DNA of 62,473 bases, filler included, from Choristocarpus tenellus KU-1152 (taxonomy: Eukaryota > Protista > Phaeophyceae): NCBI GenBank assembly GCA_964200185.2. It is 8 parts of 8 records of this genome, joined end to end, with 100 filler letters (N's around TTAATTAATTAA, not from the genome) between each part and the next. Parts side by side here need not be neighbours in the genome. Positions count along the whole stretch, not along the records: positions 25,699 to 29,967 come from CAXNAD020015373.1; positions 30,068 to 54,735 come from CAXNAD020000204.1; 6 more parts are not named here. One strand, written 5' to 3'. The notes beneath the pieces were generated by a model that saw only the letters and a list, made by a program, of their open reading frames with translations, ran no database searches and had not been told where the DNA came from. The translations under genes were made by a program, and so were the position numbers. This document shows positions 25,808-36,620 of this stretch, piece after piece. Position 1 is the first letter of the stretch, and each line of letters opens with the position of its first letter.

Positions 25808-28800
25808 CCGGTCGACCCCAAAGTGCTCCCTGATCTTCTTGAAAACCTTGGGAGCATAGTCCTTGAACTTGAAAGTGTCCTTGAACTTGTGAGATGGCGT
25901 GACCATCATACCTGTCGCCCCTGACGGAGGAAACACGTACTTATCCACCTTCCAGTGCATAATCAGGAATTGTTTAAAAAACAAAAGTACGAGAAGGATC
26001 AGTTACAAAGCAGTTACAAAGCAGTTACAAGGTATTGGCATTTCCTGTCGTACTCACTGCAACTACTGATAGAGTCATGACACAGAAAACCCTAACCCTA
26101 AGCTTTTCAATCCAGTTATGCTACTGAAGAATGGGTGGAAACACATACTTGGCCATCTCTATACCCAAGATCAGACACGATGTAATATCGAATCTTGGAT
26201 TCAATAGAGGGCACACATCACAGTGGCGTAAACCAGGAATCAACTACAAATTATCAATGTTGGCTGTGATGATCACTGGAATGAAGTTATTATCCGAGTG
26301 TTGTGAAAAAAGACACGGAAGTGACCACCTTCCCATTCAAAAATATACTAGTGCTTTTCATGGTGTGACCTGCACAGTACGTAAGACACTTTCTTATTAT
26401 TTTTGGTACAAAATCAGAATTCATACAAGAAGTTATCAGCGCCTACCACTATCAATACAAATAAAGTAGCATACCACTAAGGACACGCCATCGGCACCTA
26501 CCACTACCAATACAAACACAGTAGCATATATAGAGGGGAGTAGTAATCAGGACTACAGTCTCTCAGTCTCAGTTTCTAGACATAAAGGGGAAAAAAACAA
26601 ACAAACGCGAATTTGGTTTGATTAGTCCGCCGTAATTTGAAATATCTCATTGCTGGTGTGGCGTTGTTTACTTCTGAAGAGGCAGCTAGGAGAAAGATCA
26701 CAACACGACGTGTAAGGTCAGCGAAGCACTCGACCCCCACCTCTAAAAACATCCAACCGTAGGTGTCTGTGCACAAAAGAATCGAGGAGCCTCTCTATTG
26801 CACAATGCAATAGTTCTCCAACATCTCTGTGCTGCAACAAGGACCGTACTAGTAGGGGAAAACGGACTTAGTGGCCATAGATAACAAGAGCCCAAGAACA
26901 AAATCTGACCAACGGCAGTTCTCAACTCAAAGCTAATCTTGAGCTATCCATGACCCAACCAAGGAGGTCCAGGGTGGCCAATGATAAAAGCAACAGAGGG
27001 GTCGAGAGGGCTGGCCTGGCGTCAGAGGCGCCTCCAGACCAGGGGAAGTTGAAAGAAGCAAGAGGGGGAAGGGGAGGAGGCCGAGCATAGATCAGGCAAG
27101 GGCCCCTAAAGCTGCAGCGAGGACGAAATGCGTTGACAGTGCCCACCAGCCACAATGCTCAAGAGGTTAGGGAAGCTGAAGCCAAAGAGTAAGTGGAGAA
27201 AATCTAGTTGGTGATTGGAGAGGCGCATTCCGAGGGGGTAGGCATGTGTACTGATTAACCTGTACTACTGGTTTGTTGTCTAGAGCCATACAGGCCAAAC
27301 TGGGGTGATGGAGGCTGTCCGCCCAGCAGCAGTGAGGACGGGATACGAGAAAATTTCGGGCAAAGTGAGAAATTGGAGGGAGAAAAGGGGAGGTCTTCGG
27401 CAGGTCTGGGGTTGGGAGTGGGATTGCTGAATGGGGTTCGTTCAAGTTTGACAAGAGGGGCAAGTTCGTTCAAGTACCCCTTGCTTGGTGAGGTGAGGTG
27501 GAACGCCTCTATCTAGACACTGGGATTGCTGAGAAATTTGGTATTCTGAAAGGAATTGATGACTTGGGTACAGACAAACTTTGGGGAGGAAATATCATTG
27601 AGGGGACCGGGTACAATCCTGAGGTGCTTGGGCTATGTATGGAGAAGGGGTTTAATCAAGATTCCACCTCTGATAAGAGGAGATGAAAGCAAGTTCCTGG
27701 TTGAATACTGGGAGGCCCTTAAGAAGGAGGCTGAAGGGACCACTGTCATCATCTACATAGACTAATCCTCTCGCCATCACCTGCATGTATCATGCATTCT
27801 AAAATCTTAACGATTTGAGCTATACCAGAAACACATCCTACGAGCCCGTCTATATCAGCATCCCAATGACATACAAGTTTTCACGTCATGAGTAGACAAA
27901 ACAATCGTACAAATAGAAAAACATCAAGGATACCCCCAAGAAAATAGAAACACTCCCCTATCTATTCAGACTATGCTCCCTACAGTATGCCATGCCATAT
28001 TGTGAGCCAAAAAAGGTGCTACTATACCTTTGATTGACGAGTTAGGACAACAGAGTTAGGACAACAGCTTTCATTCCATAAATATTTCATGGGATGAATC
28101 CACCTGTACCAGATTCAGCAGCACTTTGAACGCCCTCAGTCTAATCTGGGGAGCCGAAACAGTCTTCTCAAAGATAGGTCTGAAATGGTCCATTTCTTGG
28201 GTTCAATCTGGAGTTAGAACCTCAAAATAATTTCATGCACTCCGGCTTGCCCCCACATCTCCAACCATATTTGTTTTTCTTGTCTAACTCAAAGAGTTCC
28301 GGGAGATATTCCGTAGATCTTGTACATATGGTATATGGTATCAAAGAGTACACTACTTCCCTCTGTCAATAGTACAGTACGTTGCGATCATCGGCATGTT
28401 TTGATACAGATTTACATCTTGTTTTAAGATATTCATCCAAATACAGTAGAGAACTGGCGCAAAACATCATCATCCATATTTCCATCTCTAACCCCAACCC
28501 TTGCCCCAAGAAAAAAAAATGTGTAAGACTTGAATCAATCTAATTCACAACAGAGGAAGAAATCGTTTACGTTATGCAACATTTTCATCACAAGAGTGTC
28601 ACTTTTGCCACCATGAACATCACTAAACATACCACAATTCGTACCAACCACCAAAACAAAAGAAAAAAACAAGCACAAAATACGTACGTATCTCTCTCAA
28701 CCACATCAACAACAACAACCAGGCGGAAAAAGCATCCAGTTACCTCAAAAAGAAGAACAGTACTCCAGAATACATCCTCCGCTTGGTAATACAATACTAA

Positions 28801-29051
28801 AAAGCATTACTCTTTGGAGTAGCCTCATATGAGAGTTTGTCCTCACTGTCAGCCTTTAAGAGAAAAAGATAAAAAAAAGATAAAAAATGCACCTGATAAA
28901 AGTCTTCCACCGACAGCTCCTTCCTGCACAATGGATTTTCCTGTCTCCCAACTGCCACCCTCAGCCCCAGCATCATCCTGATCGTAAGGTTGTACTCTTC
29001 CTCATCTACTTCCGGGTTGAGAGGTTTTCCGTTACGGATTCTTCGACGCAC
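25808..29051 (-). CDS. PIP5K: Phosphatidylinositol-4-phosphate 5-kinase, partial: exons 28893-29051 and 25808-25948 (N-lobe of the PIPK catalytic domain)
   Basis: Phase-0 GT-AG join gives YNLTIRMMLGLRVAVGR...LSVEDFYQVDKYVFPPSG...TPSHKFKDTFKFKDYAPKVFKKIREHFGVD, containing the PIP5K motifs MxLGxR, FPPxG, TPxH and FKFKDYAPxVFxxIRxxFGxD. Confidence 0.93.
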
Positions 29052-29075
29052 CTGTAAGGTCAGCAACAAATGCAG

Positions 29076-29470
29076 CAGACAAGAATGTATTACCTCACCC
29101 TAACCCTCACCCTAACCCTAGTGAAAGAGAGTGAGAAACACAGACAAGAATGTGTGACCAACTCTAACCCTAGTGAAAGAGAGTGAGAAACACAGACAAG
29201 AACGTGTGACCTAACTCTAACCCTAGTGAAAGAGAGTGAGAAACACAGACAAGAATGTGTGACCAAACCCTAACCCTCACAACAGCCAGAACGATACACA
29301 GACAAGAATGTGTGGAACTAGCCCTAACCCTAACAATAGACAGCGAGAGACGGAAAAGAATGCCTTACTTACCTAGCCCTAGCCCTAACAATAGCTGGCA
29401 AGAAACAAGGACACGAACGTGTGAACTAAACCTAGACCTAACAAAACCCAGCAAGAGTGAACACAGAGAC
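29076..29470. repeat. ~52-bp intronic minisatellite containing CCCTAA telomere motifs, ~7 copies
   Basis: cagacaagaa at 29076, 29141, 29193, 29246, 29299; taaccctagtgaaagagagtgagaaaca in three near-identical units, then degenerating. Confidence 0.9.
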
Positions 29471-29902
29471 ACACAACCCCTCCCCCAAAACACACAAAAT
29501 CCATACTACCTACACACACCGGCTTAGCTAACAACAAAAAATGGTGTTGAGAATTGTAGCAACTCAAGCACTACGATTTGATTAAATCTCGATTCAAATC
29601 CTAACCAAACACCAACACTACATATAGTACTAATTCTCAATTGTTCATTTTCCCAAACATACATCCAAGCTGAACGCTCATGCTATAAAATATGAAATAT
29701 AAAATATAAAATATAAAATGGACCCGACCCGCAGTGCCTGTTCACCTCAATTCATGTACTGCACACAACCTTCCTGGTTTCTGATTTTTTTTCTGAATTC
29801 TTTAAAAATGACCCATGTAATTAATAAATAAGCAACAAAACCTATCGATTCACAATATGAAAAAAACAAAATCAACAAAATCGCCACCTATTTATTCACA
29901 GC

Positions 29903-29904
<2 letters not shown>

Positions 29905-29957
<53 letters not shown>

Positions 29958-29967
29958 TCCCCCCCCC
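29905..29967. repeat. Poly-C tract at contig end
   Basis: About 60 nt almost entirely C. Confidence 0.9.
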
Positions 29968-30067
29968 NNNNNNNNNNNNNNNNNNNNNNNNNNNNNNNNN
30001 NNNNNNNNNNNTTAATTAATTAANNNNNNNNNNNNNNNNNNNNNNNNNNNNNNNNNNNNNNNNNNNN

Positions 30068-30388
30068 GTACACTGGACGCACGAGCAACTGGCAAGATTG
30101 TCCTGGAGGCAACTGACGAGACGGGCACGCCGACCACGATTGTGCTTGAGGATGTACTCAGCTTATCGGGACTGCCATGCAGGCTTCTCAACACAGGCAG
30201 AGTGCGGCGCGACGAAGGTGAGTTCGTGGACTCAGGGATCAGGAGGAGCTACTTCCAGTCCTACAAGGGAGCAGCCAAGATCCATTTGGAGTTGAACGAG
30301 CCTTTCTGATCCTGTGTGCCCCAGTTTCATGGTAAAGAGGGTCAGGCAACGGTCAATGCTAGGTAGGCCAACAAGCAGCAGCGTCTCT
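30068..30388 (+). mobile_element. Copia fragment (protease to pre-integrase region), same family as the element at 30899-34060 but opposite strand
   Basis: TLDARATGKIVLEATDETGTPTTIVLEDVL matches TLDTRATGEMVLEAADETGTPTTIVLQDVL at ~33050-33140. Confidence 0.92.
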
Positions 30389-30898
30389 TGTGCAATATAG
30401 GCTGGTAGTCTATAGGTTCTTACGTGTTTGATAATCAGTATTATGTAACATAAATGTTGAATGAGTATATTAATTGTCAATCACTTGTTTCCGTACGCTT
30501 AGAGTAATGATAGGTGCGCAAAAAGAGCTGTTCGAATAGAGTTTTTTATGCTGTATATGATATGGATGAATTTTAAGCGGAGTGAGCACCATCCCTCGAG
30601 GCGGGGGCTGTTATGCCTCGTTATCTATGGCGCACGTCAGCAGACATGTCAAAATGTGTCTGTCTCAGTTCCACTACATCACTCGTTCTGAGTCACTGGT
30701 ATTCTGTGCGTCGTTCTGCTTAAGTCGTAGCTGCATCTGTCGTCCTGCGTCAGCCACTTATGATAAGAAGCAATAGGAGATCAACACACCGAGATTCGAA
30801 CTAGTCATTGACACTTAAGCCACTCAGTCAACATTTATGTTACATAATACTGGTTTTCAAACAAAAAGAACCTATAGACTACCAGCCTATATTGCACA
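30389..30898. mobile_element. 510-bp TG...CA unit with ~100-bp terminal inverted repeats (putative Copia 3' LTR, or MITE)
   Basis: tgtgcaatataggctggtagtctataggttctt at 30389 is the exact reverse complement of the 33 nt ending at 30898; similarity extends ~100 bp; minus-strand purine tract tgagggag abuts it. Confidence 0.85.
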
Positions 30899-33800
30899 CT
30901 CCCTCATGAGTGTGCAGCAAAGTTGCTGACAAAAGCTCACTCCCGACGTGGAAGCACGGAATGCACAAAACCAGAAGGCGCTTGCGCGAAGACTCGGTCA
31001 AAATGTTAGCCAGTTGTTTTGATGTTGGAACGTATTCTTCATAGGATAGACCATGCATGGTCCATGTATTCTTTGGTGCACTTCAGCTTCATGTCCACCT
31101 GCTTCATCCTTCCGTTGAAGCCTGTGATGTTGCCCGCCTGGATAGTACCACTGTTGTCACAGAACCAGGGAGTCTGCTCCTGTAGTATGCCGATCTCCCC
31201 CAGAATGCCTCGAAGGCGCATGCAGTATGCCATTGCCGTCAACTCTTCATCTGAGCTGGAGAGGGTGACGGCACCTTGAAGCTTGGAGCAACAGGCGATT
31301 GGCGATCTGTTGAAAAAAAATAGGTAACCTGTGTGACACTCCTGCATGTTTGGGAGTCGGTGCCCCAGTCGGAATCCCCATACCCTACCAATAGATCTCC
31401 GTCCCCTCTGTCCATAACTTTAAAACCCCGACCATAGTGAATGCCAACGTCCAGTGTCCCTGCTTCGTAGCGCAGAACGTGTTGCAGTCCACGCCAGTGC
31501 CGCATGAATGGAGACGCCACCCACCCTGCACCCCAGTTCACGAACGCTGTTGGTCAGGTCCGGGCGAGTCATGCCTGCTAGAAATATGACTTGGTCGAGG
31601 ATGCTGGCATAAATAGGGCTAGATAGTGGGATTCAGTTCCTCCTGGTTGTCGTGCCTGGCAGAGAGGTCCATGACTGGGTCGAGCGGTGTAGATATGTTC
31701 CGCACTTCTATGGAGCCCATCCCCGTCATGACGATGCTTTCCGAGTATGGCTGTTGGTTGGTCCAGGGTGATGCCGTCCGCACCCACAGCGATTCCCACC
31801 CCAATCGGCTTGTCCGGCGTGCCTAGGTCTCGCCCCTCGTACTTCTCCAGCAGCGATGCCCTGATCCTCTGGATCTCCTCCGTGAAGTCCCCAGTGGTGG
31901 CAGTGTCGTCCACGTAGGTGCTGAGGATGGCGATGCGTCCGTCTTCACTTTTCATGAAGTAGAGGCACTCTTCGTGTTGGCTGCTCGTCCACCCTTCTGC
32001 TAGAATGATGCTGCGTAGCTCATGATACCATTCAATGGCTGACTGCTTCAGTCCATAGATTGCCTTCTCTGCCTTGATGGTGCGGCCGTCACGAAGCTCC
32101 AACCAGACGTCCTCCTGCAGGTCTGCGTTGAGGCAGGCCTGTGTGAAGTCCAGCACGTCGATGCTCCAACCTCTGTACGCTGCGACTGCTATGATGCACC
32201 GTAGTGTGTCGTACCCCACCACCGGGCTGAAGGTTTCGAAGAAGTCCACACCTGCGTTTTGTGTGAACCCGCGGGCTACGAGTCGTGCCTTAATGCATTC
32301 CACTGAACCGTCTGAGGAGCGCTTGATTTTGAAAAGGAATCACGTCTTGATCACATTCCTCCCTTGGGGAAGGACCTTGTCACCAAAGGTCCTCTTCTGC
32401 CATAGCCCTACCATTTCCTTCTCCATGGCCTCCTGCCACTGCTCTGCATCTGGCCCACTCAAGGCCTCCTTTCTTATAGACGGCTCGTCTGCACCTGTTG
32501 CTACCTCCCCCATGAGACCCATAAGGAGTACACTTGTCGTTGTTCTGCTCAATGAGGGTTTTGACACGAAGTGGTTCATGTCCGCGTCGAAGGGTCCCTC
32601 CAGGTCTGTGTGCACCACCTTCCCCACCGTCTTGGGGCTGCGGCCGCCCCGTGCGTAACTGAATGCCTTGGACTTGCACTCCTTGCATACCTGGCAGTGG
32701 AGTGCCGAGGCAACTGTGGCATCTGCGATGTCCAGGAGGCCACGCTTCTCCAGGTGCTTGATATCGAATGGGTTGAGGTGACCCATGATGTTGTGCCAGT
32801 TGGAGAGGGAGAGGCGCTGCTGCTTATTGGCGTAGCTAGCATTGGCTGTCGCCTGGCCCTTCTTCCCTTTTTTTACGTGAAACTGGGCCCACAGCGTCAG
32901 AAAGGCTCGCTTCTCCTCCAGGTAGATCTTGGCTGCCCCCTTGTTGGGCTGGATGTAGCTCCTCCTGATCCCTGAGTCCACTAACTCACCTCCCTTGCGC
33001 CACACGCTTCCTGTGCTGAGAAGCCTGCATGGCAGACCCGGTACCCAGAGCACATCCTGGAGCACAATCGTGGTCGGTGTGCCCGTCTCATCAGCTGCCT
33101 CCAGAACCATCTCACCGGTTGCTCGTGTGTCCAGCGTACCTTTGTTTCCAAAGGTGCAGGTACGGGGGTGATAGCTGTTGCTGCAGTGAGGTCCTGCAGT
33201 CGGGGGGTGAGGTGCACATTTGCACCCGAGTCGCACAGGAGGGTGATGGTCTTGGACAGATCTTGAGATCAAGTCAGGAGCACTGCCTCGACCATCTTGT
33301 TGTACACATCCTCCCCAACAGACACGTTCATGGTCAGGAACGCTCGCGATGAGCCCTGGCGATCAGCCTTACCGCCGCCCCCGCTGCTCTGGTCCCTTGA
33401 TGGTGGCAGTGGGAACTTGCTGGCCGCCCCAAGTCCGTGTGAGCGCTTAGCTGGAGGTTTACGGGCCAGGTAAGAGTGGCACTCTCTCTACCTGTGGTTG
33501 TGTTTGAGACAAAAAGCACATTGGTTGGCACGGAGGTCGCTCCTGGACCTCTGTCTCCCTATCGGTGTCCTTGCACTGGTGTGGAGCGCCATAGCCTCCG
33601 AGCTCCTGGTCATCTCCCTTGTGACTTCCGTGGTCATGTACGAAGAAGACAAGATGATGACTGTTTTGAGTTGGTCGTATGTGAGGTCCGGTGCTGTGGA
33701 CAGCTGTGCAAACACCTGTGGCATGCTGTCCCTGATGCCGATGATCAGAGCCCCATTCTTGGTGTGGTACTCCTTGGTCGCCTCCAGCTGCTCGTACTCT

Positions 33801-34060
33801 GTCCAGACGTGATCGAGATGGATGACGAAGTCGGTAGCGTCCTCCACTAATGAGCAGTACATGTCCCGCAGCTTCATCTCAAGAGCTATGAGCTTCATGG
33901 GCTGCTACACCGCAGCGCGCCCTCCGTAGATTTGTTCCAGCTCGAGCCAGACTGCCCTCCCGTTGGGGCTACCATTATTCTCGTGGGTACTGACCACCAT
34001 CGCTGCAGCCCCCCTTGTGGTCTGGACCAGCAGGAACCACAAGGCCTCACGATACTTGAT
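30899..34060 (-). mobile_element. Ty1/Copia LTR retrotransposon internal region (gag-protease-pre-integrase-RT-RNase H), disrupted
   Basis: Zn knuckle CAFCLKHNHR*REC; protease LLCDSGANVHLT; WHNIMGHLN...CQVC; VHTDLEGP; EP...W...MEKEM; KARLVARGFTQ; KAIYGLKQSAIEW; YVDD; GYGDSDWG; CDNSG; QLANILT; several stops and frameshifts. Confidence 0.97.
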
Positions 34061-34695
34061 GTATGGGTCCAATCTTGGTCTGTGTCATTTCGTTTTTGTT
34101 GGAATCAACCTGTATAATCTACACAATTAACTGTAGGAAAACATCCAGTTGGACCTTACGTCAACAATACATACAAAGATGATCACACAACAATTAGAGC
34201 AATACAATACACCAACTGGATTGAATCATCTAACAATTTCAACCTGATTCCTATGCATCCAACCTTGTAAACCAAATCAATTACTTTACAATATATGTAC
34301 AACATGGACGTACGTTGTATAGTGTAACATAAAATTGAACATATGTAACTGATTCACACCAACAATTTAGTTGTACCTCCATTCTACTATATTGACTGTT
34401 TTATGCTGGTGTCTGATCTCCAGTTTTGTTTTTCATCCCAAACAGAAAATTTGTATACTAATTGAAATTATGTGAGGTAACACTTTCTGTACATAGCACC
34501 AACAGTGCACACTGGAATATGATGAGTTGGCTATCGCTACCCGTTATGCACGCACCAAGCGTTCTGTCCCCACCAAGCAGTGCATGCCTAACGGAGCCCC
34601 AGACTTCTGAGCAGTTGTTGGGCTGGAGGACAGCCCCAGAAACTGGTGTCGCAGAAGGTGGGGCTTGCACTCATGTGAGGGTTGTTGACACGTAC

Positions 34696-35308
34696 AAGAG
34701 ATGTAGGCCTTCTCCGCGAGTACCCCCAGGCTTGGGGACCACCAAGTGAAATATTTCTCAACTCATTTTCAAACCATTTTGACGTCATTGCGGAACCATT
34801 TTACATCTTTTTCGAACCATTTTGACGCGTTTTTGGGGAACTATTAAAAGACATTTCACACAACATTTTAGCAAATATTTCTTAGACAATTGATGTTTTG
34901 GATATGTTTTCGGGTATATTTTTGGACATGATTAGACCACTCTCCACAATGGTTTTGGTTAGGGTTAGGGTTAGGGTTACATATAGGGTTAGGTTTTCAA
35001 AAATGCATGCTAAGAAGTGAAACAAATATTACGGTGGGGGTTTCCGAAGGGCTGTGGGGTTCCGAAAACAGGGAATCTCCCCTGTTCACTACAACATCCC
35101 CAAAAACTGACCAAATGAAATATCGCTAATAAGAAGATATGAAAGTGTCTAAAAATACGTCCCCCAAAACGGGTCAAAATGGTTCGAAGATGATGTGAAA
35201 TGGTTTGGAAAATGGTTTCAAAATGAGGTGAGAAATATTTTCCACCTGGTGTTCCCCAAGGCTAAGGGTACTCCTGAAGAAGGTGTACCTCACAAGTGTA
35301 CATCTCTG
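34696..35308. mobile_element. Foldback/long-TIR non-autonomous element with internal (TTAGGG)3
   Basis: 34700-34858 is the reverse complement of 35140-35290 (gagtaccc, cttgggga, aatatttctca, aaaccatttt, tcgaaccattttgac); ggttagggttagggttagggtta at ~34957-34979. Confidence 0.85.
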
Positions 35309-35309
35309 T

Positions 35310-36620
35310 GCTGTGCTGATGAATCCAGATTCCTATGACCAGTACTGGATTTTTTTTTCATAGGTTTCGTAAGTTCTATGGTGATGTGGTGGGGGATGAC
35401 ATGGCCCATGAGCCTTTGGCTTTCTTGAGCGAGACTTTCCCTGGGCCACTGCCACGGAGAGTTTTTCCATTATTAGTGCTCGCAATCACTTGAAATGGAT
35501 GATGTCAGCTGGGTCCATGTTTTCATCTGACCTACGCTTTCAATACAGGGTCTTGTTTAACTGATTTATCTAGGTCACAACATAGCGTTACATACACTGG
35601 ACCACATTTCTATACCAGTACGCATACATTGCAAAGCATATCATTGCACGAAAGTGTTGGGGAGATCTACTATCTCGCTGTATCAATCTCTCTAGTCACA
35701 ACAATTCCAGCAGCGTATCAAGCGACCAGAGTGGTTGTTGTGGGTGTGGCAGTAGTGAATGCAGCGCAAATCATGACCCCCCTGATTGGCATGTCACTCA
35801 AAAGAGATAAACATTGTATTTGGTCTTCTATAGAGGCTGATGTAATTGATTTTGTACAGGACTCTTTGAACTGCATTGATTCCAAATGTGGTGATCATGT
35901 ACACTACTAGCCTATGTTGAAGCAGCAGCACATGCCAAAGCAACTGGGTAGATTCTTGACTTTGAACTGCTTTTATAGGAGAAAGTGAGGCACCAGAAGG
36001 ACTTGACCACAGTCAACGCAATCTGGTCATGTTGGATGATTTCAGCAGCTTCACATGTTTGAGACTGCTCCAAGATGCAATGCTGAGATCACACAAGTTG
36101 TGTACTACGCTAGGGCTAGCTGAGGTGGGGGTGAGTGATACAGCATCACATTTTAAGAACAAGATGCTAAAGAGGATTCAGAACTGTTGGGTGTGGACCA
36201 CCTCTCCATGGAGGAACAGTACACGGTTGAGGGCATGATTTATGAGGTGATATGTACACTAACGGCCATGCTCAATGAGGCAGGACACCTTACCTAGGTG
36301 AGAGAATAGTGAGTCAGCAGTGCTGTGGACACTGTACAGCTCATCCTATTTCAAGGATACTGGTAAGACACCTCATACCTCGATCTCAAATGTGGCTAGC
36401 TCAAGCAACAGTTCATGGTCTACTGCCACTATGATCCATGGGCAGCCTCATCACCTCTTAAATGCCCAAGAAGAGTTGCATAACACAATGCTTGAGGAAG
36501 TGGAGCATAGCCATCAGCAACAGTGTGATGTAAGGATAAGGATCAGACGTCCAGCTTTCCACATTCACAAGAATAATCTCAAGAACGACTATCAAGTGTT
36601 GTGCAGATAAGGACATTGAA
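35310..36620 (+). mobile_element. Degenerate Ty3/Gypsy RNase H + integrase remnant
   Basis: HEPLAFLSETF; HWTTFLYQYAYIAKHI...CWGDLLSR; CIDSK; LDDFS; VSDTASHFKN; SPWRNST. Confidence 0.85.

Noticed and set aside
26930-27770. Possible DIRS-like RT remnant in the PIP5K intron
   Set aside because: Only vague similarity; no intact catalytic motif
26000-28067. Short local duplications (11-bp x3 at ~26000, ~60-bp x2 at ~26440, 14-bp x2 at ~28040; also ~43-bp x2 at ~17210)
   Set aside because: Ordinary slippage-type duplications in non-coding DNA
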